From Spirochaetota bacterium (GTDB lineage Bacteria > Spirochaetota > UBA4802 > UBA5550): a stretch of DNA of 64,000 nt. The stretch spans positions 4,363-68,362 of the forward strand of contig QKCL01000013.1 of assembly GCA_003246895.1 (NCBI GenBank). Direction: 5' to 3'. The position numbers were made by a program, and so were the translations under genes. Below, in pieces: positions 57,901-64,000 of the stretch. The notes under the pieces are model-generated. The model searched no databases and was not told the DNA's origin. It saw nothing but the letters and a program-made list of their open reading frames with translations. Every line of letters starts with the position of its first letter. Positions within the stretch are counted from its first letter, which is position 1.

Positions 57901-60555
57901 AGTGTTGTTGCCATTGAATGTATAGCCGCGGTCTTCAGATGTGCCGTTGTCCGCATCGGAATCAATATAACCGTTTGTGTTTGAGTCCTCTGTATCGAAT
58001 TTACCGTCACCGTCAGAATCTTCACTGACCTGCCCGATGTCCAGATAGAGGTTTATTACATTCCCTGAATTTGAACTGTCGTGCCTTACCCATAGCTCAA
58101 CATATTTCAGTCCAGAGAAGTCAACTGCATCACTTGAAAGTTTTCTTGTCACAACAGATACACAGCTTCCCCCTGTAAAATCATAGTCAAAGACAAGGCT
58201 TCTCTGGTCATCCAGATCAGTGATGCTGCTGTCTATGTGCCCCGTGGCTATGTTAAATGGCCCGGGCTTGACTGAATAATCCACTGCATAGGGAGAAAAT
58301 GACTCACCTCTGAGAGTGTCTGTGGATGAAAGACTTCTGTAATAATAATAGTTCAGAATACCCCTGTCAGCCTGGGTCAGCCCCTGGGGCATGGAGGAGA
58401 GCTGCCAGTCCTTTTCTGAAAGGGATACAGATACTATCTCCACCGTGGATTCCATATTCTCAATGAGAGCCTTGCCGAAGGTATTTACGGTTCTGTAGCT
58501 TTTGGCATACTCACCGTATGCAGTGAATTCAACAGGAACAGTTCTCCTGTGTTCACCGGAAAAAAGATTGTATATGTCCGCAATCCTTGAAGGAGTAAGA
58601 TGGAGTTTTGCATCCCCTTCAAAAAGAAGTGTCTGGTCTGACTCCTCTCCGATGTCAGGGATCACCCTGGATTCCGCTCCCTTGGAAAGAAGCATGGAAC
58701 CTCCAACACTGAGGCTTCTGTTCAGTTTATAATCTCCTCTCACTCCACCCACAAAACCGCTGCCCGAGGTACCCTGAGGCAGATACTCGTACCTGATCTC
58801 GATCTTTGTTGTGGACGAAATAACAGGATTGTTTTCATCAGTGAATGTCACTATTCCGAGAGAAGTGTCAACAGAGTAAAGAGACCTTGCAAGCCTGGTG
58901 CCGTTTACCTTTACCGCAACACTGTCATTTACAATATTTGTGTTCTTTAGCTTGAAAGTCCTTGCCTCTGCATAGTAATCCGCAGACATCTTGTATCTGC
59001 TGGAAAGATATGCATCTGTAATGCGTATCTCGTTGTATATGACAGCTGCCTCGGAAGTTGAAAGCTGGGACTTAAAGGGTTCCCTGAGCCTGAAATTAAC
59101 AAGGCCCGATGAGAGTTCAAGGCTGTACTTGCCCAGTTTCTCTTTCTGGGAATCGGTCATTCTCATCGTCTCATCATAAAAAGTCAGATAGAAATCACCT
59201 GAAAGAATATTTGTGTCCCCCAGATAATAGAATGACCTGACCTCATATATATCAAGGTTCACCTTTCCGTCGTTGTTTGAATCTGTTTCACCGCTGTCAA
59301 AGGACAGGTTTTTCGTTACAATGTCTTCATTCAGTGATTCGCCGTACTTTATGAATACAAAAATCTTTCCGGCAAAATCCCCTCCCGGGTGATTTGAATC
59401 CGATGGAGACAGTGCACATGGGTCCCTTGTGCCGCCCGAAATGGTATAGACTGCAAAAATTCTTGCGCTGTCGGGAATATTCCTCAGAAACTTAATGAGA
59501 CCGGTGCTGTAATTTATGCTGTAGTCCGTGCCGTTTGCAAGTTTTGTATATGAACCGCCGTCAAGGGAAAGTGTAATTGCGCCTGAATTATTGTAGGCAT
59601 TTCTGTCGTCCATGTATATGGCAAAGCCCGATGAATCAATGTTTACCTGATTGAGAGTGTAGCTTTTGGGGCTTGAAGGAGCGGACGTTACTGTTACAGA
59701 TGAGTACACTTCAGAAGCCCCGGGAACCGATGTTGCCCCGTCGTATCTTATGAACGGCTCAAGCTGATAGTAGACTTTCCTCACATACTGGTAATCGGAC
59801 AGAGAGGTATTGCCCTCCCTTGAGTTGCCCGTAAAATTCTCAACCTCGCTGTTTCCAAGGATGAGAGACCCGAATGCCTTCAGTTCAAAATCACCTTTCC
59901 TGATTTTGAAATCCGCACCAAGTCCCTTGACTGTGCTGTTGTCATAGACCGCATATTTTGACTGGTCAAATTTTATGTCAATCTCTCCCACATTGACCTC
60001 ACGGATAAGTTCATCATCCTCAAGGGCCTTGTACTTCATACGGTAGGTATTGTCCTTCCTCTGGCTGTCGTGGTCTATGTAGAGACTTATGCGGTTGTCA
60101 ATGGTCCCGTTCATCTGGAGCTTTATTACCTGTTCCGGGTAGAAACCGTCAGTTACTATTCTGGATCTCGCGCTGTCCTCATCGTACTGCTTGTACTTGC
60201 TCTCAGTGAATACAGACTTCCCGTAGGTTCCCTTGAGTTCAACGGAACCCTCGGTAAAAAGGTCAAAGTTTCTGTCTGTAAGTTTTCCGGAAAAGATGTT
60301 CCCGGTTGAGTACTTTTTATAATCGGAACTGACATACATATCGGACCAGTCTGTATCCTTCAGATCAAGTCCCTGAGGTATTACAATAGATGAGTTTACT
60401 GCTGTAGTTTTATTATCACTTTTTACGGCACCGTCACTGTGAAAGTATTTGCTGACCCTCTCCTTAAAGGTCCCATTCTCCTGGGCACGGGCAATATATA
60501 TTGCCGGTACAGAATACAGTACTATAAATGTATAGACCCAAAAGGTTTTCAGCAT
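54901..60555 (-). CDS. Giant (1884 aa) secreted outer-membrane protein with Asp-rich calcium-binding-like repeats and a C-terminal beta-barrel signature (possibly SprA-like).
   Basis: Signal peptide FIVLYSVPAIYIARAQ. Repeats DSDGDGKFDTEDSNTNGYIDSDADNG and DTKGDGKLNSEDQDGDGSLD. Terminal ...KVSLIF with a C-terminal Phe. Confidence 0.7.
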   Translation of the reverse strand: MLKTFWVYTFIVLYSVPAIYIARAQENGTFKERVSKYFHSDGAVKSDNKTTAVNSSIVIPQGLDLKDTDWSDMYVSSDYKKYSTGNIFSGKLTDRNFDLFTEGSVELKGTYGKSVFTESKYKQYDEDSARSRIVTDGFYPEQVIKLQMNGTIDNRISLYIDHDSQRKDNTYRMKYKALEDDELIREVNVGEIDIKFDQSKYAVYDNSTVKGLGADFKIRKGDFELKAFGSLILGNSEVENFTGNSREGNTSLSDYQYVRKVYYQLEPFIRYDGATSVPGASEVYSSVTVTSAPSSPKSYTLNQVNIDSSGFAIYMDDRNAYNNSGAITLSLDGGSYTKLANGTDYSINYSTGLIKFLRNIPDSARIFAVYTISGGTRDPCALSPSDSNHPGGDFAGKIFVFIKYGESLNEDIVTKNLSFDSGETDSNNDGKVNLDIYEVRSFYYLGDTNILSGDFYLTFYDETMRMTDSQKEKLGKYSLELSSGLVNFRLREPFKSQLSTSEAAVIYNEIRITDAYLSSRYKMSADYYAEARTFKLKNTNIVNDSVAVKVNGTRLARSLYSVDTSLGIVTFTDENNPVISSTTKIEIRYEYLPQGTSGSGFVGGVRGDYKLNRSLSVGGSMLLSKGAESRVIPDIGEESDQTLLFEGDAKLHLTPSRIADIYNLFSGEHRRTVPVEFTAYGEYAKSYRTVNTFGKALIENMESTVEIVSVSLSEKDWQLSSMPQGLTQADRGILNYYYYRSLSSTDTLRGESFSPYAVDYSVKPGPFNIATGHIDSSITDLDDQRSLVFDYDFTGGSCVSVVTRKLSSDAVDFSGLKYVELWVRHDSSNSGNVINLYLDIGQVSEDSDGDGKFDTEDSNTNGYIDSDADNGTSEDRGYTFNGNNTTVVGSGPGLSSDTKGDGKLNSEDQDGDGSLDTTENVYTVDLGSVTVSSGSWQKIRVYIDWSSLSSTETALLQEVRSLRFYAVQSTGTKGRLFVDGLKMVGSKWRNPELDGAGTESSDRIQTVLLNTIDDSDYRSESFLKEKRGVYESLYGDLDSDEVNEERETALQIDFDIPGVNSNVSIKRTFSTPIDIRFYRTLNLWMNARTFPGTTTMGIVVGSSDYDYAEYRISPSILRTWEQFAIKLKDTSDGDIEVYSTTGDPDFKRITYLKVVFYGAGTSGTIWLNDIYVSEPMTLKGSAYWYENEIKFKNPLYRTRSGVPVISDMNIKYLIKGNSAQFSSLAKENNDTGQRDQEFSASMKILPNWDATLKFVNEHLKTDSKNEDVSEDLRGETWRNTANFITNFISSGASGPRINFSYTLNDYENKRDDSITGSSFDEYYRRMTHSPSLKYTQTLENFFSGRLRADAVLQLVFKDYSIKRSSQDLSESVLSSYVDLREQDKRQRTDLALNLDYSNSRFYVKPCFRRSLEELVGLEKSDSLTDYGVYGTMGGGFHVPFFGDDEGKYVARKNVMNLEVGYKDSLYVKPVVKLEVDYSEYDFEDYDFDSYSSGAGFSRTKSALSNLYMNMSIPVKFGRMGLLKYLRGVTLNYNRKATVTEAGVPFEGESTGMFNEEFGLSRVMSDVSPAVYDLYTYYPGFFYRGRGNYGKGRDAVYGRLNSGIDMGNYGLPDNYDNSLRLADDFNLNSDFKTAIGTMNFNVGANQIVERSNIEGVPGQIVTYNAGASARIDLMEILGFWFFRPNKPGISHHSSFLNIGLTYKDSQIITSNINEKNISPEMSLEFKWERSNLVLGGSLDYRHRKDREYIDYDTGSSERDYIYIENMAEQADLKEKDYGYKFKILYDTEIRWLFDYLSGYYKLTGIPVFSIEYRTEINRYDYINSVSPEPYDLYYFKTGLMMNLHKHVKGELDAAFMLERYYSRDDGALSSEVFSLEISGKVSLIF

Positions 60556-60713
60556 AAAAGCAGCACATCACAGTCATAAAATTGGTGAATCCTGAAGTAT
60601 GTTGTTGCACATTTTAAAAACAGATATCTCATAACAGGAAGATAATGAAATATCTGCTTAAAGAAACAGTGCCCCCAAGGGGAAACAAAAAAATTACGGA
60701 ATATCTTTTATTA

Positions 60714-61736
60714 TTACCACATTCTGCTCATGTAGGGATATGGATTGATTGGAATCCCTCCGAGCCTGATTTCATAGTGGCAGTGATTACCTGTTGCATT
60801 ACCGGTCATGCCCACATAGCCTATACGGTCGCCCTTGTTTATTTTGGTTCCCTTTGCAACCGAAGTCTGCCTCATGTGGCCGTATATGGTTTCATAGCCG
60901 AACTTGTGTTTTATACGCACAGCCCTGCCGTAGCCGCCCATCCATCCTGAACTGACCACAACACCCGGAGCGGTTGCCCTGATAACTGTTCCGGCAGATG
61001 CTGCTATGTCGATTCCAGTGTGAAAATCCCGTCCAAGGCCGAAGGGAGAACGTCTCCATCCGAAGAGTGAGGAGATATGGCCTGAGTTAGGAATAATGGA
61101 AGGAGTATCCTTTACCACCTTGCTTCTGACATTTATAAAATTCTTGATTGTCTTGATTGTCTTTGTGGTGCTGACAAGATCCTTCTGGGCATCCTTCATG
61201 GAAAAAATTTCATCCGGGAGAATACGCTTAATCTTGTTCAGCTTCTCAATGTCTTCCTTGTCGAAATCCCTGTTTTCCCATATATCACCGACCTGATCTG
61301 TACCCGCGGCAAGCTCATAGAGCTCTTCAATCTCCGGTTTCATGTCATCAATGAGATCATATATTTCATTGGTAAGCCTTTCATATCTTATAAGGTCTGC
61401 CCTTACATCATTGTAGCTTGAAAGAAGCTTGTGCTCTTCCGAACGTATCTGCTGATTCTTGATTACCGCATATGAGGAGGTGACAAGGACAACTACAAAG
61501 AGACTCAGGAAAAAGAAGACAATGAACTTGGAAATCTGAAAGTTGAAAATCCTCTTCTCGTTGTGGGGTATAAACATTACGGTCATCTTCTCGTGCCCCT
61601 TTTCCAGGAACCGGTTCCAGACCTTGCCGAATCTCTTATGGAAAACAAAATAGTTTTCATAGAGTTTTCTCGAAAATTTGTTATGGAAATGTCTTATACT
61701 GTACTTCATATCACTTTTTACCCAAAATTTGAACAC
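60714..61736 (-). CDS. M23-family metallopeptidase with an N-terminal TM segment and a coiled coil (EnvC/LytM-like).
   Basis: HTGIDIAA...GHMRQ...HCHYE Zn-ligand motifs. Confidence 0.8.
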   Translation of the reverse strand: MFKFWVKSDMKYSIRHFHNKFSRKLYENYFVFHKRFGKVWNRFLEKGHEKMTVMFIPHNEKRIFNFQISKFIVFFFLSLFVVVLVTSSYAVIKNQQIRSEEHKLLSSYNDVRADLIRYERLTNEIYDLIDDMKPEIEELYELAAGTDQVGDIWENRDFDKEDIEKLNKIKRILPDEIFSMKDAQKDLVSTTKTIKTIKNFINVRSKVVKDTPSIIPNSGHISSLFGWRRSPFGLGRDFHTGIDIAASAGTVIRATAPGVVVSSGWMGGYGRAVRIKHKFGYETIYGHMRQTSVAKGTKINKGDRIGYVGMTGNATGNHCHYEIRLGGIPINPYPYMSRMW

Positions 61737-61785
61737 TATTGTTCATTATATTATACATATCGTCACAGGCAACCACTTTTTACCA

Positions 61786-63117
61786 TTAAAAAACGGAATT
61801 AATGGCCTCGGAAATTGTCTTTACCCCTTCAATCTGAATTCCTTCACCTGCCTCCTTAGCCTTTTTCAGATCCCCCATTGAAACAATGAGTCGTTTAAAT
61901 CCGGACATCCTGAATTCCTGGACCCTTTTCTCCACCTGTGACACCGGCCTGAGTTCACCGGAAAGGGAGACCTCAGCCATAAAACCTGTTCCCTCATCAA
62001 TTGAAGAATCCTTAAGGCTGGAGGAGATGGCCATTGCCACAGACAGATCGGCTGCTGTCTCATTTATGTTGAACCCGCCGGAAACATTTATAAATACATC
62101 GAATGTATTAAGCTGCATGCCCACATGTTTTTCAAGCACAGCACATATCAGTATGAGCCTGTTCAGGTCAAAGCCGTCGGCCATTCTTCTGGGATTTGAG
62201 AATGATGAATACGTAACAAGGGACTGAACCTCAAAGAGGATGGTTCTGCTCCCCTCAATTGCCGCGGACACGGCATTCCCCGGAGCGCTTGACTTGAAGG
62301 GATTAAGAAAAATCCTGTTCTTCTCCCTGACCTCCTCGAGGCCCGAGGCTGTCATGCAGAAGAGCCCGATCTCGTTCACGGAACCGTACCTGTTCTTGAA
62401 GGCCCTGAGGACCCTGAAATCACGGGAGAAATCTCCTTCAAAATAGAGAACAACATCAACTATGTGCTCAAGGAGTTTGGGACCCGCAATGCTTCCGTCC
62501 TTGGTGATGTGGCCCACAAGGATAACCGAAACATTATTTTTCTTGGCATAATCAACAAGGCGCGAAGCCGATTCCCTGACCTGGCTCACGGACCCCATGA
62601 TTCCCGGAATATCGCTGCTGTAGACTGTCTGAATTGAGTCAACTATTACAAGGCCCGCCTTCACCTTCCGGGCTATCTCAATGATCTCTCCCACCTCATT
62701 ATTGGTGGAGATCTGAATCCTGGAAGCATCAAGCCCGAGCCTTTCGGCCCTCTCCCTCACCTGAACCGGCGACTCCTCGCCCGATATGTACAGGGCCTTC
62801 AGTTCTGCCGCTATCTGTATGGACAGCGTTGACTTGCCGATTCCCGGCTCCCCTCCAAGGAGAATTACTGATCCCGGCACAATGCCTCCGCCGCAGACTA
62901 TGTTGAACTCGGTCATGGATAATGTTTCCCGCGTGAGATTCTCCCTGCTCACTGAACTGAGAGGGAAAACTGTCAATTCGGACTTTTTCTTCTTCCCCGA
63001 AGGGGCCTCTGCCTCTACAAGTGTATTCCACTCCCCGCAGGACATGCACTTGCCGCTCCATTTTGTAAAATCCGCACCGCAGCCGGTGCAGACAAAATAT
63101 TTTCTGTTTTTCGTCAT
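61786..63117 (-). CDS. radA: DNA repair protein RadA/Sms.
   Basis: C4 zinc finger CTGCGADFTKWSGKCMSCGEW. Walker A GGEPGIGKST. KNRYG motif. Lon-like C-terminus. Confidence 0.9.
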   Translation of the reverse strand: MTKNRKYFVCTGCGADFTKWSGKCMSCGEWNTLVEAEAPSGKKKKSELTVFPLSSVSRENLTRETLSMTEFNIVCGGGIVPGSVILLGGEPGIGKSTLSIQIAAELKALYISGEESPVQVRERAERLGLDASRIQISTNNEVGEIIEIARKVKAGLVIVDSIQTVYSSDIPGIMGSVSQVRESASRLVDYAKKNNVSVILVGHITKDGSIAGPKLLEHIVDVVLYFEGDFSRDFRVLRAFKNRYGSVNEIGLFCMTASGLEEVREKNRIFLNPFKSSAPGNAVSAAIEGSRTILFEVQSLVTYSSFSNPRRMADGFDLNRLILICAVLEKHVGMQLNTFDVFINVSGGFNINETAADLSVAMAISSSLKDSSIDEGTGFMAEVSLSGELRPVSQVEKRVQEFRMSGFKRLIVSMGDLKKAKEAGEGIQIEGVKTISEAINSVF

Positions 63118-63989
63118 TTCTTCTGCCTGAAAAATAGTTTGGACGGATCCTGTTTGAGGCTGCTGAAGAGTTCCCTTGCAGACCTTGATGCGTCCTTTAT
63201 ATTATAGTAGATTTCCTCATCTGTCATAAGCTTGCCCAGGCTGCCCCTGCCCTGTTCAAGTCTGTGTATTATTGTATTGAGGTCTCTGGATATTTCCGAG
63301 AGGTTCCGTATGGCTATGGTAACTTCATCCTTGTTCTTTTCAGACAGGGTAGACATGTTTGTTGTAAACTGGTTCAGCTGGCCCATGAAGAGTTTAAGCT
63401 GCTGGGAAAAGAGAAAGAATGTGGATCTCGCGGAAAGTACGGTCTGCCTTATGTCATAGCGGTTTTCATTTGAAATCTTGTTCAGATTTGCCACAAAATG
63501 TTTTGAGTTCTGAAAAATCTCCGCAAGAAGCTCACCGCCGCTCTGGTCCTGCATGAATCCCTGAAAAATGAGCATCATCTGGTCAAAGCTCGGGGGGTCT
63601 ATACCGTATATGATGTCCCCCTCCTTGATAAAGTCCTCAGTATTGTGTGACGGAGGAACAAACACGTTGATGTACTTGCTGCCTATGAGCCCCTTTGTGA
63701 ATATGGCAAATTTTGACTCCCTGATAAGCCTGAACCTGTTGTCTATCCAGACCTTCACTTCTGTTTTCTCATTACTCTGTTTAATTGAAGTTACCCTGCC
63801 GATATTGATACCCCCTGCAATCTTCACAGGAGCGCCCACGCTGAGGTCATTGAGAAAACCGAAATAGACAGACACGGAATAACCGGACTGGGAAACATTG
63901 AGCTTTGCAAGCACTGCAACAATCAGGATGAATACTGTAAAGCTCATTGTAATGAGCATGCCCACACGGGCTTCATTGTTCAGTTTCAT
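63114..63989 (-). CDS. MlaD/MCE-family protein.
   Basis: N-terminal TM segment plus an MCE domain. It overlaps the radA start by 4 nt. Confidence 0.7.
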   Translation of the reverse strand: MKLNNEARVGMLITMSFTVFILIVAVLAKLNVSQSGYSVSVYFGFLNDLSVGAPVKIAGGINIGRVTSIKQSNEKTEVKVWIDNRFRLIRESKFAIFTKGLIGSKYINVFVPPSHNTEDFIKEGDIIYGIDPPSFDQMMLIFQGFMQDQSGGELLAEIFQNSKHFVANLNKISNENRYDIRQTVLSARSTFFLFSQQLKLFMGQLNQFTTNMSTLSEKNKDEVTIAIRNLSEISRDLNTIIHRLEQGRGSLGKLMTDEEIYYNIKDASRSARELFSSLKQDPSKLFFRQKK

Positions 63990-64000
63990 TGTCCCCTCTC

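Noticed and set aside
60615-60650. CCCC-CAA-GGGG hairpin as a terminator after the M23 peptidase gene.
   Set aside because: A-runs lie on both sides on the plus strand and no U-tract follows on either strand. It is not a canonical intrinsic terminator.
1-64000. CRISPR arrays, IS elements/transposases, integrases, prophage genes, rRNA.
   Set aside because: No direct-repeat/spacer periodicity was seen on visual inspection. No transposase, integrase, phage structural motifs or rRNA-like sequence was seen either.

Overview
This is a 64 kb chromosomal window that is gene-dense on both strands. I infer it comes from an AT-rich, anaerobic, diderm bacterium; that is inferred from gene content, and no taxon is asserted.

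**Housekeeping and transport**
- A polar amino-acid ABC transporter (binding protein, permease, ATPase) is followed by aroK.
- A four-subunit 2-oxoacid:ferredoxin oxidoreductase cluster is present in delta-alpha-beta-gamma order, next to a bacterioferritin-like gene.
- There is a upp-uraA pyrimidine salvage pair.
- A TolC-like/MFP/RND efflux operon is followed by lexA.
- A soluble lytic transglycosylase (TPR plus SLT domain) is present.
- A conserved ispE / tRNA-Gln / glmU (N-domain only) / prs / rplY(ctc) / pth block is present.
- A DHH phosphoesterase, an M23 peptidase, radA and an MlaD-like gene complete the set.

**Signalling genes**
- Orphan histidine kinase with a periplasmic binding-protein-like sensor.
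- REC-HD-GYP response regulator.
- HDOD protein.
- MarR regulator sitting just downstream of, and apparently co-transcribed with, a P1B-type ATPase that lacks an N-terminal metal-binding domain.

**Candidates for something new**
1. A tandem pair of paralogous two-domain proteins whose C-terminal halves look like divergent class III nucleotidyl-cyclase/GGDEF-type palm domains, preceded by a perfect 12-bp inverted repeat.
2. Twin 17-bp palindromes in the MarR/ATPase promoter.
3. A roughly 760-bp non-coding region upstream of upp with two terminator hairpins and a 10-codon uORF.
4. A 1884-aa outer-membrane protein with Asp-rich calcium-binding-like repeats.
5. A fused acyltransferase/alpha-beta hydrolase.
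6. Several small Cys-rich ORFs.

No CRISPR array, IS element, prophage or rRNA gene was seen. One tRNA (Gln, anticodon UUG) was found by eye. All functional calls rest on motif recognition in the supplied translations; no database search was possible.
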